From a bacterium (GTDB lineage: Bacteria > Sysuimicrobiota > Sysuimicrobiia > Sysuimicrobiales > Kaftiobacteriaceae), in NCBI GenBank assembly GCA_044868695.1, contig JBIOWP010000056.1, forward strand, positions 1-60,011: 60,011 nucleotides of DNA, written 5' to 3'. Made by a program: the position numbers and the translations under genes. Numbering within the stretch: position 1 is the stretch's first letter; each line of letters starts with the position of its first letter. Below the pieces are notes generated by a model that saw only the letters and a program-made list of their open reading frames with translations, was not told the DNA's origin and searched no databases. This document shows positions 19,479 to 29,522 of the stretch, one piece after another.

Positions 19479-20663
19479 GTGCGGCCGAAGGTCCTCTGGC
19501 TGATCAAGGGGCTCGGGCTGGGAGGCGCGGAGCGCCTCCTCGTGTCCGCAGCGCCCCACGTGGACCGCAGACGGTTCGATTATGAAGCCGCGTTTCTCCT
19601 GCCCTGGAAGAGAGCACTGGTGCCACCGCTCGAACAGGCGGGAATCCCAACAACCTGTTTGCGCCATATTCATCCCTACGACCCGCGCGTCATCGGGAAA
19701 GTGTGCCGGTTGCTGAGGGAGCGGCGTGTGGATCTCTTGCATCTTCATCTGCCGTATACCGGAGTCGTGGGCCGGATTGCAGCCAGGTTGGAAGGGGTCC
19801 CGAAGGTGGTCTACACGGAGCACAATCTGCAGGAGCGCTACCATCCCCTGACGCGGGTGGCCAACCAGCTTACGATGGGGCTGACAGATGTGACGATCGC
19901 GGTGTCGGCAGAAGTGCGGGCCTCCCTGGCGCGCAGCCCGCTCGCCCGCAGCGTCCACGTACGGACCGTGCTCAACGGCGTGGACGTCGACGATTTGCAT
20001 CGCGCTGCGTCGATGGGGCCGGATGCGCGTGACGAGCTGGGCATCGCACGTGACCGTCTGGTGGTGGGGGTGGTCAATGTCTTCCGCCCTCAGAAGAGGC
20101 TGGACCTCTGGCTGCAGGCTGCGCGTCTGATCTCGGCGGCCGAGCCGCGGGCCGCCTTTGTCGTGGTCGGGGATGGCCCGTCTCGAGGGGAGTTGCAGTC
20201 GCTGGCCGGCCGGCTGGGCGTGCAGGTCGTATTCACGGGACTCCGTCACGACGCCCCTCGCCTGATAAGAGCCTTCGACGTTTTCATGCTGTCGTCTGTG
20301 TTCGAAGGTCTCCCAGTTGCCCTCCTGGAGGCGATGGCGCTTGGCCGGCCGGTCGTCGCCACCCAGGTCGGTGGCGTTCCATCCTTGGTGGCAGAGGGGC
20401 GGCATGGATTTCTGGTTCCGCCCGGCGATCCGACCGCGCTGGCCGAGGGCGTGAGCGCGCTACTCGGCGATCCATCCCTTCGGCGGCGCATGGGTGAGGC
20501 CTCACGTCAACACGTGGAGGATCATTTCAGCATCCGCCGGATGGTCCGCGAGACCGAACAAATCTACGACGAACTCCTCGACAGCTCGCCGCGTCTCGGC
20601 AAGCCTGAGCCCGAGGCTGCCTCAGCACGCGTGGGAGCCGTCCCACTGTCTCATGGGCACTGA
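19479..20663 (+). CDS. GT4 glycosyltransferase
   Basis: KVLWLIKGLGLGGAE, YTEHN, SSVFEGLPVALLEAMALG. Confidence 0.92.
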   Translation: MRPKVLWLIKGLGLGGAERLLVSAAPHVDRRRFDYEAAFLLPWKRALVPPLEQAGIPTTCLRHIHPYDPRVIGKVCRLLRERRVDLLHLHLPYTGVVGRIAARLEGVPKVVYTEHNLQERYHPLTRVANQLTMGLTDVTIAVSAEVRASLARSPLARSVHVRTVLNGVDVDDLHRAASMGPDARDELGIARDRLVVGVVNVFRPQKRLDLWLQAARLISAAEPRAAFVVVGDGPSRGELQSLAGRLGVQVVFTGLRHDAPRLIRAFDVFMLSSVFEGLPVALLEAMALGRPVVATQVGGVPSLVAEGRHGFLVPPGDPTALAEGVSALLGDPSLRRRMGEASRQHVEDHFSIRRMVRETEQIYDELLDSSPRLGKPEPEAASARVGAVPLSHGH

Positions 20664-21858
20664 CCCGCGAATCCGGACGCTGCACCTTGTAACGAGCCTG
20701 GAACGCCGGGGCGCGGAAGTTTGTGCCGTGACCCTAACCGACCGCCTGGCCCGCGACCGCTTTCAGCCGGCCATCTGGTCAGTCAGTCCCGTGCCGGTCA
20801 CGCCACCGCTGCAGCCGGCACGTACGCCAGTCTATGCCAGGATTGGTACGGGACGATCGGGGGGTTCCGCGGCCCTGGTCCATCTGCTGGCGGTGTTGCG
20901 CGAAGTGCGGCCCGATGTGATCCATTGTCACGGCGGAAGGACGCTGAAGTATGCTATCGCCGCCAGGACGATATGGCGCGCCAAAGCGTATGTCTATACG
21001 AAAATCGGCTCCATTCACCCGTGGCTTGACGCGCCGTGGCGGCGCGTAATCTACCGAGCGATCTTTGAGCGGATGGACGCCATCATCGCGGTCGGAGACA
21101 CGTTGCGCCGCGAGGTTGCGGACGATCTTTCTCTCGCCCGTCCGCGGCTGGTCACCATTATGACGGGAGTCGATTCTGCGCCCTACGATGCTCTGACACC
21201 TACTCAAGTCTCCCACGTGCGCGCGCAACTCGGGTTGGCGCCGGCCGACATCGTCCTGATGATGGTTGGCAGTCTCAGCTGGGAGAAAGATCCCTCAGCG
21301 GCGCTGCGGGTGATCGCCACGCTGGCCTCCGAGCATCCGTTCCTCAAGCTTGTCTATGTGGGCGATGGGCCGTTGGCGTCCAGGCTGGAGCGGGAAGTCG
21401 AGGACGCGGGACTGCGGAGACGAGTCAAATTTCTGGGCGTTCGCTCTGACGTTCCGCTCCTGCTCGTTGCTTCAGACATCGTATTGCTCACCAGCCGCAC
21501 CGAGGGTCTCCCCGGGGTCCTGATCGAGGCAGGGATGGCTGGACGGCCTGTCGTCGCCGTTGACGTTGGGGCGGTTCGGGAAGTGATTACCGACGGTGTG
21601 ACCGGCTGGATTGTTCCGGCCGGAGCGCCATCCCTCTTCGCGCACCGGGTGCGTGAGATGGTCCGCGGTGCCGGACTCAGAGCACAAATGGGCGCTGCGG
21701 CGCGCGAGTACTGTCGGCGCGCCTTCGGGATCGACCGGTATGTGCGTGATCACGAGAACCTGTTTGCTGACCTGGTACACTCTGCGCACACCTCCTCGCC
21801 CGTTACCCACCATGATACGGTTCCCGTGGCTGGAGCGGCAACGGGACGTTGGGATTGA
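20653..21858 (+). CDS. GT4 glycosyltransferase
   Basis: LHLVTSLERRGAE, VGSLSWEK, TSRTEGLPGVLIEAGMAG. Confidence 0.9.
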   Translation: MGTDPRIRTLHLVTSLERRGAEVCAVTLTDRLARDRFQPAIWSVSPVPVTPPLQPARTPVYARIGTGRSGGSAALVHLLAVLREVRPDVIHCHGGRTLKYAIAARTIWRAKAYVYTKIGSIHPWLDAPWRRVIYRAIFERMDAIIAVGDTLRREVADDLSLARPRLVTIMTGVDSAPYDALTPTQVSHVRAQLGLAPADIVLMMVGSLSWEKDPSAALRVIATLASEHPFLKLVYVGDGPLASRLEREVEDAGLRRRVKFLGVRSDVPLLLVASDIVLLTSRTEGLPGVLIEAGMAGRPVVAVDVGAVREVITDGVTGWIVPAGAPSLFAHRVREMVRGAGLRAQMGAAAREYCRRAFGIDRYVRDHENLFADLVHSAHTSSPVTHHDTVPVAGAATGRWD

Positions 21859-21860
21859 CC

Positions 21861-22922
21861 ATGAGCCGAGCACAGGCTGTCACGCCTATAGATCTGCCGA
21901 CCTTTGACTACTCGGTGCGAGACTATCAGCAAGCCGATGAAGAGGCGGTGCTACGCCTGCTCCACGCGGCACTGGGGCAGGGTAGAGGTTTCGTGCGTGA
22001 TGCCACATTCTGGCGGTGGAAGCATTTTGACAACCCCTCTGGCCCGTCGCAAATTCTGCTGGCGGCGAACGAAGACGTACTCGGCCTCCGGGCCTTTCTG
22101 CAGTGGACGTTTCGTACGCCTGCGGGCCAACTGCGCGCGGTGCGTGCCGTCGACACTTCGACACATCCACTCTATCGCCGACGCCGGGTTTTTCTGAGAC
22201 TGACAGAGCTTTCAGTGCAGCGCGCGCGCGACGATGGGGTGGACCTGATTTTCAATACTCCCAATCCCCAGAGCATGGCCGGGTACCTCAAACTCGGGTG
22301 GCAGCGAGTCGGCCGGCCTAGGCTGCTGGCGTATATCCTCCGTCCCACCCGCATCGCGTCGGTGCTGGTACGAGGAGGGCGGATGCGTTTCTTCGACCCG
22401 TCATTTCCGGTTCCCGGTCTGCGGCCGGTGTCGGATCTGCTCACGCGTGAAAAGCGGTTACAGACACTGTTAAGTGCCGACGACGCGAACCATGCCGGCA
22501 GCATCCGGACAATGCGGACCGTTGAGTTCCTCCGCTGGCGCTACGCGCTTGCGCCATCGCTGCCTTACGGAGCCATCTGGACCGACGGGACCAGGCTGGA
22601 CGCGGCTGTGATTGTCCGCGCCAACACCCGGCGAGGGCTAAGGGAACTCATGGTCGTGGAAGTGCTACTCGGCGGAGGAATCGGCGAGCTAATCAACCTC
22701 ACACAGCGCCTTGCGAGTTCGGCGCCCGCCGACTATCTAGTCGCAGCAGCTGTTCCGGGCACTCCGCACTGGGTCGCGCTCAGGAAGGCCGGTTTTCTTC
22801 CTCTCCCGGGATGGTTGGGCCCTACGCTCACCGTGCTTCCTCTCCATCCCGGACTGTGGCAGCCTGAGATTACGCGCCTCCTTAACTGGCAGCTGTCACT
22901 TGGAGATCTCGAGATCTTCTGA
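21861..22922 (+). CDS. GNAT-family N-acyltransferase (polysaccharide-locus type)
   Basis: FWRWKHFDNPSG, AVDTSTHPLYRRRRVF (motif A), FNTPN..SMAGYLKLGW, FLRWRY, GDLEIF end. Confidence 0.82.
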   Translation: MSRAQAVTPIDLPTFDYSVRDYQQADEEAVLRLLHAALGQGRGFVRDATFWRWKHFDNPSGPSQILLAANEDVLGLRAFLQWTFRTPAGQLRAVRAVDTSTHPLYRRRRVFLRLTELSVQRARDDGVDLIFNTPNPQSMAGYLKLGWQRVGRPRLLAYILRPTRIASVLVRGGRMRFFDPSFPVPGLRPVSDLLTREKRLQTLLSADDANHAGSIRTMRTVEFLRWRYALAPSLPYGAIWTDGTRLDAAVIVRANTRRGLRELMVVEVLLGGGIGELINLTQRLASSAPADYLVAAAVPGTPHWVALRKAGFLPLPGWLGPTLTVLPLHPGLWQPEITRLLNWQLSLGDLEIF

Positions 22923-22944
22923 CCCCGTCTTGGGGTAGTGGTCC

Positions 22945-23805
22945 GTGACACCGGCAAACTCCTTGCGCCAGGTCTTGAAGCTCTGCCTGCTCCCCTACGG
23001 AGTGATTACGCGGGATCGGCGGCCGGGGGTGACGATTCTTGGGTACCATCGTGTCGCCGGCCGCACGACGACTCAACTCGATCTGCCACATCCGCTTTTT
23101 GAGTGGCAAATGGCATACCTGCGGCGGGAACGTACTGTGGTGAACCTCGACGACGTCGCCGCAACGGCGGGAGTCGGTGCCAAGGCCCGCGATGCCGTCG
23201 TTATTACGTTCGACGACGGTTATGGCGATGTGTATGACCACGCGTTCCCGATCTTGCGGCGATATCGTCTGCCGGCGACCATCTATCTCGCCACCGCGTT
23301 CATAGAGGAGGGGCGCCCATTTCCCGTAGAGGCGTCGGGGTCCACCGGTGGCCTCGCGCGACCTTTGACCTGGGATCAAGTGCGCACCATGCAGCGGTCG
23401 GGACTGATCACCATTGGAGCCCACACCCACACGCATGCAGACCTAAGCGCCTTGGGGGTGGCGGGTGTGGCGAGGGAAGTCGAGGAATCGAATCGTCTGA
23501 TCGCTCTCCGCGTCGGCGTGCCGCCCATCCACTTTGCTTACCCCTGGGGTCGGACTTCGGCGGCGTCGCGCACGGTGGTCTCACGGACCTACCGTACCGC
23601 CGCGGTCGGAGGAACGCGGAAGAATCCTTATGCCTCTCTAGATCTATCCGCCCTTCGCCGGGTGCCGGTGCAGCGCAGCGATGGCCGCGTCTTTTTCAAG
23701 TTGAAGGTAGAGTCATACCTGCAGGGCGAGGACTGGGTCCGCACACGAGCAGACCGCCGCCGGCGGCTTTGGCCCGATACGTCCCCCGTGGATGGCACGC
23801 GGTGA
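22945..23805 (+). CDS. Polysaccharide deacetylase (NodB/CE4)
   Basis: ILGYHRV, ITFDDGY, IGAHTHTH, HFAYPWG. Confidence 0.9.
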   Translation: MTPANSLRQVLKLCLLPYGVITRDRRPGVTILGYHRVAGRTTTQLDLPHPLFEWQMAYLRRERTVVNLDDVAATAGVGAKARDAVVITFDDGYGDVYDHAFPILRRYRLPATIYLATAFIEEGRPFPVEASGSTGGLARPLTWDQVRTMQRSGLITIGAHTHTHADLSALGVAGVAREVEESNRLIALRVGVPPIHFAYPWGRTSAASRTVVSRTYRTAAVGGTRKNPYASLDLSALRRVPVQRSDGRVFFKLKVESYLQGEDWVRTRADRRRRLWPDTSPVDGTR

Positions 23806-25004
23806 CTCCCGTCAGAGTGGCGCACTTCACCACAGCGGATGTGACGCTGCGATTTTTGCTCTTCGAGCAGCTGCAGGCCTTCCGTCGAGCGGGGTACGAT
23901 GTAGTGGGCGTCAGCGGTGCGGGACCGTGGGCGAGTGAGCTGGTGGCGGCGGGGATCACGCACTATCCTGTCCCCGGACTCGCCAGGTCGTGGAATCCTA
24001 CCGGCGATCTCCGGGCCCTGGCGGCTCTGGTGCGGATTTTTCGCCGCGAGCGATTCACCATTGTGCACACCCATACGCCAAAGGCCGGCATCCTGGGCCG
24101 CATCGCAGCCCGCCTCGCCAGCGTGCCCCTTGTGGTCAACACTGTGCACGGCCTTTATGGAATCGAGCCAGACCGCCCGTTGCGCCGCTGGTTCTACCTC
24201 TCGTTGGAGCGGCTCGCCGCTTCGCAGTCGGATTTTGAATTCTGCCAAAGCCGCGAGGACTGCGATCTGCTCCTTGGCGTACGGATCACCAGTCGGGACA
24301 AGACGTTGCATTTGGGCAACGGGATTGATCTCGACCATTTCGATCCCGCCGCGGTTTCCGATGTCCGTCGCCTCCACCTTCGCGAGCAGCTGGGCATTCC
24401 TGAGCATACGTTGGTTGTTGGTACTGTCGGACGTCTAGTGTTGGAGAAGGGCTACCGAGAGTTCCTGACTGCGGCGGCAGCGGTGCAGAAGCAACGGTCC
24501 GATGTTTGTACGCTCGTGATCGGGCCGGAGGAGGCAGGAAAGCGGGATGCAGTGCCCGCCGAGGATCTCGCCCGCGCCAGGGCGTCCGGTATTCGGTTCC
24601 TCGGTATGCGCACCGACATGCGGGACCTGTACAGCATCATGGATATCTTTGTGTTGGCGTCCCATCGGGAGGGGGTGCCCCGGTCGGCCATTGAGGCAGC
24701 GGCCATGGGGAAGACCCTGATCCTGACGGACATCCGCGGTTGCCGGGAGGTGGTCCGGCCCGGTGTCAACGGTGTGCTCGTCCCAATGCGGGACCCCCGG
24801 GCATTGGCCGCGTCAATCTGGCAGTTGCTCGAAGATAGCGAGACACGTCGCCGATTCGGACAGGAGAGCCGCCGCATCGCCCTGCGGGAATTCGACGAGC
24901 GGCGTATCATCGACCGTGTGCTCCAAACCTACCGACACCTTCTCACCGCGCGGTCCGGAGCCAATCTCCAGGCCGCAGGTGCGCAGGGCTCGGTTCAACG
25001 ATAG
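23802..25004 (+). CDS. GT4 glycosyltransferase (CapM/PglA-like)
   Basis: HTHTPKAG, NTVHG, GNGID, VGRLVLEKG, SHREGVPRSAIEAAAMG, DIRGCRE. Confidence 0.92.
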   Translation: MTPVRVAHFTTADVTLRFLLFEQLQAFRRAGYDVVGVSGAGPWASELVAAGITHYPVPGLARSWNPTGDLRALAALVRIFRRERFTIVHTHTPKAGILGRIAARLASVPLVVNTVHGLYGIEPDRPLRRWFYLSLERLAASQSDFEFCQSREDCDLLLGVRITSRDKTLHLGNGIDLDHFDPAAVSDVRRLHLREQLGIPEHTLVVGTVGRLVLEKGYREFLTAAAAVQKQRSDVCTLVIGPEEAGKRDAVPAEDLARARASGIRFLGMRTDMRDLYSIMDIFVLASHREGVPRSAIEAAAMGKTLILTDIRGCREVVRPGVNGVLVPMRDPRALAASIWQLLEDSETRRRFGQESRRIALREFDERRIIDRVLQTYRHLLTARSGANLQAAGAQGSVQR

Positions 25005-25569
25005 CCGCGCGATCGCCCAGCTGCATCGCAAGGTCATCACCTGGGGGCTGCTCACGCAGCTGGGTGAGGACGTTGTCACCGCCTTTTATGAGGCGGTGAC
25101 AACGTCACCGGCGGCGTTCTGCTATGTGGCCACGCAGCGCGGGGCGTTGCAGGGGTTTGCGGCGGGCGTCTGCGTCTGGCCTCGGTTGCGGTGGGGGCTG
25201 CTTCGCCGCGGCTGGTGGCCGCTCGTTCGGGCCGTCCCCCGGCTGCTCGCGACCCGCCGCTGGCGGCGCCTTTGGGAGACAGGCCGGTATACTCGAAGCG
25301 GCTATGAGGGTGTGCAGGCCGAGTTCCTCTCCATTGGCGTGCGGGCAGATTTCCCCGGCCGGATCTGGGCGGGCGCGGCGCTGGCTGCGGCCGTAGTCAG
25401 GGAGTTCCGACGGCGTGGGGTAACAAGAATCCGCGGCGTTGTCTGGCACGAGAATGAACGAGCGCTGCGGTTCTTCGAGGCGGTGGGGTTCCGCTTCGTC
25501 TCCGACATCGAGATCCACCCCGGGGAGCGGTCCCGCACGTTTGTCGTGGATCTCACCACACATGCATAA
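24979..25569 (+). CDS. GNAT-family N-acetyltransferase
   Basis: RRA.FND..AIAQLH, AEFLSIGV, V..ENERALRFFEAVGF; start codon uncertain. Confidence 0.75.
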   Translation: MRRARFNDSRAIAQLHRKVITWGLLTQLGEDVVTAFYEAVTTSPAAFCYVATQRGALQGFAAGVCVWPRLRWGLLRRGWWPLVRAVPRLLATRRWRRLWETGRYTRSGYEGVQAEFLSIGVRADFPGRIWAGAALAAAVVREFRRRGVTRIRGVVWHENERALRFFEAVGFRFVSDIEIHPGERSRTFVVDLTTHA

Positions 25570-26919
25570 ATGATGTCGGCGACATCGTTTGACATTGCGG
25601 AGGAACCCCAGCAAGGATCCTCCGCCCTGGCATTTGTCCTAATGTATACGCTCACCGCGCTGCAGGCTGGAATACGCCTAGCAAGCGGAGACCCTGAGCA
25701 GGTCCGCGCCGGCGTTCTGCTCCTCCTTCTGACTCCCGTTACGATTTTCATCTTTCAACGAGCCGCCCGCAGCGACCCCGAAGCGACGTTCTTACTGCGC
25801 ATGCTGGTCCTAGCGTGGGTGGCCAAGCTCCTGGCGATGGAATTTCGGCTGTACCTGCTGTTCAACGTCTATCACGGAGCGGATACGGTAGCCTACCATG
25901 AAGCCGCAACGGCGATCGCCGCGACCCTCGCGTCCGGTGGGTTTCCCGAGCTGACCAATTTCTGGGGCACTGAGTTTGTGGAGCTCGTGGCCGGCGTCCT
26001 GTATTTCTTCACGGGGCCGAGCATGGTCGGCGCGTGGGTCGTCTTCGGCTGGCTGGGACTGTTGGGCATGCTCCTGCACTATAAGGCATTCGCCCTGTCC
26101 CTCGTGGGATCCAACCGGCGGTTGTATATGGCGTTGTTGTTCTTCTACCCCTCGATCTTGATGTGGACTGGCAGCCTTGGCAAGGATGCGCTGAGCGCCT
26201 TCTTTCTTGGCGTAACGGCCTACGGGGTTTCCGCGCTCAACCGTCGCGGCCTTACCATGGGTACGCTGCTGCTCGTGCTCGTTGGACCGGGTGGCGTGTT
26301 CCTGGTGCGCCCGCATTTGGCTGCGATCGTGGCCGTTGCCCTCACTGCCGTTATGCTAGCGCGGCCGATTCGCGCCGGGGCGTTGACCCCGATCATCCGG
26401 ATAGCCGGATTCGGAATTCTTGCCGGACTTGCGTTCCTGGTCATCAAAACCTCCGCCTCTTTCTTGAATATTGAGGATCTCTCCTTTGAAGGCGTCACCG
26501 GGTTCATCCAGGAGCAGCAGGAGCATTCGTCGGTCGGCGGCTCAGCGTTTGAAGGCGGGTTTCCTACCACGCCCCAGGCGCTGGGACTGGCGATCATTAC
26601 GGTGCTGTTCCGGCCGTTTCTCTGGGAAGCCGGCACCGGCCTGGGCCTGATCAGTGCGCTGGAAGGAACTTTCCTGCTGCTGATGTTGACATTCCGCCTG
26701 CGCAACATCTTCCGCGTCGTTGCAGACGCGACGCGGAATGCCTACCTTGCGTTTAGCGTGTTTTACGCAGCCCTGTTCGTTGTTTTCTTCTCAGCGATTT
26801 CCAATTTCGGTATTCTCGTACGGCAGCGAGTGCAGTTATTGCCCTTTATCCTGATTTGGCTAGCATACCGGCGCGTCGGTCCAGAGGATACGCCGCCTGA
26901 CTTGGATTCTACTGGCTGA
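25570..26919 (+). CDS. Wzy-like polysaccharide polymerase (polytopic membrane protein)
   Basis: About 11-12 TM helices, DTVAYH, PSILMWTGSLGKDA, VRPH, LFRPFLWE, NFGILVRQRVQ; located in a Wzx locus. Confidence 0.7.
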   Translation: MMSATSFDIAEEPQQGSSALAFVLMYTLTALQAGIRLASGDPEQVRAGVLLLLLTPVTIFIFQRAARSDPEATFLLRMLVLAWVAKLLAMEFRLYLLFNVYHGADTVAYHEAATAIAATLASGGFPELTNFWGTEFVELVAGVLYFFTGPSMVGAWVVFGWLGLLGMLLHYKAFALSLVGSNRRLYMALLFFYPSILMWTGSLGKDALSAFFLGVTAYGVSALNRRGLTMGTLLLVLVGPGGVFLVRPHLAAIVAVALTAVMLARPIRAGALTPIIRIAGFGILAGLAFLVIKTSASFLNIEDLSFEGVTGFIQEQQEHSSVGGSAFEGGFPTTPQALGLAIITVLFRPFLWEAGTGLGLISALEGTFLLLMLTFRLRNIFRVVADATRNAYLAFSVFYAALFVVFFSAISNFGILVRQRVQLLPFILIWLAYRRVGPEDTPPDLDSTG

Positions 26920-27056
26920 CTTAACCGCCCGATTGGAGGAGGTGACGCCCAGCTGACCGGAGCATGCCGATGACGGAGCAGTGAGGCATTGAGTGGCCGG
27001 TTCATCTCAAATCATTCTGCGCCCAGTATTGAAAATCGGAACAAGGAGGTAGACGG

Positions 27057-27551
27057 ATGGCTATCATGACTGAAGAGAGCAGGTATGCTCAGATGGCGAA
27101 GATGGGTCTGGGCGTCCTGCTCGTTATTCAGACGGCCCACATGGCCGAGCACGTGGCCCAGGTCATTCAAAAATTCGTTCTGCATCTCCCCAAGGCGCAA
27201 GGGCTGCTCGGGTCGATCTTTGACCTGGAGCATATCCACTTCACATACAACACGGGAATATGGATTCCAATCGTCCTCGCTTACATCTGGTACCGTCGTT
27301 CCGGGGCGCCGATGCCCTTCGCGTTCCGGACCCTCGTATGGTTTCAGGGCTACCATGTTGTCGAGCACATCGTGAAGATGTACCAATACTATGCGCTTGG
27401 CATTACCGTCGGACCGAAGGGCATCCTGGGTTACATCTTTCCAATAGTCTGGCTGCACTTCTGGCTCAACCTGATCGTACTCCTCCTGCTGGCCGGCGCC
27501 TTCTTCAGAGTTTACACTGACATCCGGCGGATGGTGCTCGCAACGTCGTGA
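27057..27551 (+). CDS. Hypothetical 4-TM protein with duplicated His-rich motifs
   Basis: Strong AAGGAGGT RBS; QxxHxxEH and HFxxN each occur twice. Confidence 0.75.
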   Translation: MAIMTEESRYAQMAKMGLGVLLVIQTAHMAEHVAQVIQKFVLHLPKAQGLLGSIFDLEHIHFTYNTGIWIPIVLAYIWYRRSGAPMPFAFRTLVWFQGYHVVEHIVKMYQYYALGITVGPKGILGYIFPIVWLHFWLNLIVLLLLAGAFFRVYTDIRRMVLATS

Positions 27552-27644
27552 CAGCTGTCGACCGCGCAGGGCGGCCACGCGTCGCGTGGGCTGCCCCCAC
27601 CGCAATTAAGAATCTAAGTGGGGTGACACGGGAACGGGTAAGCG

Positions 27645-28307
27645 ATGTCCCGTAGCCTGGACATCATCCTGAGTCTCACCGCCGTGGCCGCCCTCGCGCC
27701 AGTACTGGTGCTCATCGCCATCACGAACTACGCGTTCACGGGATCCGTGCTGTTCCGCCAGGTCCGGATTGGTCGCGCCGGCCGCCGCTTCCTGCTTCTA
27801 AAGTTTCAGACGATGGTGTCCGGCGCGGACCGCGGGTCCACAGTCACTGTGGCCGGGGACCGCCGAGTGACACCGCTGGGACGGCTGCTTCGGACGACCA
27901 AGCTCGATGAGCTGCCTCAGTTGTTCAATGTGCTGCGGGGAGAAATGAGCCTGGTCGGTCCGCGGGCGTTGACACCGAACGAAGTGGCGGCGATTCCTCC
28001 GGATATCGCCCTCCGCGTTTACGCTATCCGCCCCGGGATGACTGGGCTGGCGTCGCTGGCGCTCACTAATGAAGCGCAACTCCTCGCCGCTGCGCAGCAG
28101 CCGGAGCGCTACTACTATGACGTCATACTTCCTAGGAAGATGACGTGGGAGCTGTGTTACGTGCAGCGCAGGAGCTTGTGGTTGGACTGCGCCATTCTGG
28201 CCTGCACACCGGTGGCCATCGTGTGGCCGGAGTCAGCGCGGGCAGCTCTTCGCGGACTCATCGGCATGGACCCGACTCTGCATTCGCCCGGGATGGACAG
28301 GACATAG
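27645..28307 (+). CDS. Priming phosphoglycosyl transferase (bacterial sugar transferase, PglC/WcaJ-like)
   Basis: FRQVRIG, KFQTM, DRRVT..GRLLR.TKLDELPQLFNVLRGEMSLVGPR, RPGMTG. Confidence 0.93.
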   Translation: MSRSLDIILSLTAVAALAPVLVLIAITNYAFTGSVLFRQVRIGRAGRRFLLLKFQTMVSGADRGSTVTVAGDRRVTPLGRLLRTTKLDELPQLFNVLRGEMSLVGPRALTPNEVAAIPPDIALRVYAIRPGMTGLASLALTNEAQLLAAAQQPERYYYDVILPRKMTWELCYVQRRSLWLDCAILACTPVAIVWPESARAALRGLIGMDPTLHSPGMDRT

Positions 28308-28331
28308 TGTATCCGCTCTGATCGCCTTCCC

Positions 28332-29522
28332 ATGATTCCGCTGTCGCGCCCCGACATCACTGAGACCGAAGTGCAGGAGGTGCTCTCCGTCCTGCGGACA
28401 CCGATGCTGAGCATGGGGCCGAAGGTGCGGGAGTTTGAGGAGCGCATGGCTGCTCTGCTGGGAGTCCGGTATTCAGTGGCGGTATCCAGCGGGACGGCGG
28501 GTCTACACCTGGCCATCTGGACACTGGGGATCGGTCCGGGGATGGAGGTCCTGACGACGCCCTTCAGCTTCGTGGCCTCGGCCAACGCTGTCCTGTTTGA
28601 ACGAGCGGTACCGGTGTTTGTGGATATCGACAGACAGACGCTCAACCTGACGCCCCAGACAGTGGAGGCGGCGATCGAAGAGCGGTACCGGCGGACCGAT
28701 CGCGGGCTGGTCAGCCGCGCAACCGGGCGACGGCTGGCCGCCCTGCTCCCCGTTGATGTCTTCGGCCACCCCATGGCCGTCGAGGGATTCCGTGCGCTCG
28801 CGAGGCGCTATCACCTCGCCCTCATCGAGGACGCATGCGAGGCCCTGGGCTCGGAGGTCTACCTCAAGGCCGCGGACCGGTGGGTCTCGGTTGGAAGTCA
28901 GGCGGACATCGCAGTGTTTGCCTTCTATCCCAACAAACAACTGACCACCGGCGAGGGTGGGTTGGTCGTGACGAACGATGAGACCCTCGCCGCGCGGATC
29001 CGGATGGGTCGCAATCAAGGCCGTGCCGAGGGTGCCACCTGGCTGGAGCATGAGACGCTGGGGTTCAACTACCGCCTGGACGAACTCTCTGCGGCGCTGG
29101 GAGTGGCGCAGGTGAAGCGCGTCGGAGAACTGGTCCGCAAGCGCCGGGCGGCGGCGGCTCGCTACAATCAGGCGCTCGGCGGAATCGAAGGGCTGAGCCT
29201 GCCCTATGCCGAGGCGTGGGCGCGAGTCAACTGGTTCGTCTACGTCGTACGGGTATCCTCGGAAGTGAATCGCGACGCGCTGGGTGCGTTCCTCCGCACC
29301 CGGGGGATCGAAACGCGCGTCTATTTCCCGCCCATCCACCTTCAGCCGTACCACCGGCAACAGTTTGGATTTGGCGAAGGAGCGTTTCCCGAAAGCGAAC
29401 GCGCGGCCGCAGCAACGCTGGCCCTGCCGTTCTTCAACGACCTGACCGATGAGCAAATCGCTGACGTGGCGCGGGGACTTGAGGAAGGAGTGAAAGCCTG
29501 TGCTGCCGTTGGGTATGCTTAA
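28332..29522 (+). CDS. DegT/DnrJ/EryC1/StrS PLP-dependent sugar aminotransferase
   Basis: SSGTAGLHL, EDACEALG, FAFYPNKQLTTGEGG, GFNYRL. Confidence 0.93.
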   Translation: MIPLSRPDITETEVQEVLSVLRTPMLSMGPKVREFEERMAALLGVRYSVAVSSGTAGLHLAIWTLGIGPGMEVLTTPFSFVASANAVLFERAVPVFVDIDRQTLNLTPQTVEAAIEERYRRTDRGLVSRATGRRLAALLPVDVFGHPMAVEGFRALARRYHLALIEDACEALGSEVYLKAADRWVSVGSQADIAVFAFYPNKQLTTGEGGLVVTNDETLAARIRMGRNQGRAEGATWLEHETLGFNYRLDELSAALGVAQVKRVGELVRKRRAAAARYNQALGGIEGLSLPYAEAWARVNWFVYVVRVSSEVNRDALGAFLRTRGIETRVYFPPIHLQPYHRQQFGFGEGAFPESERAAAATLALPFFNDLTDEQIADVARGLEEGVKACAAVGYA

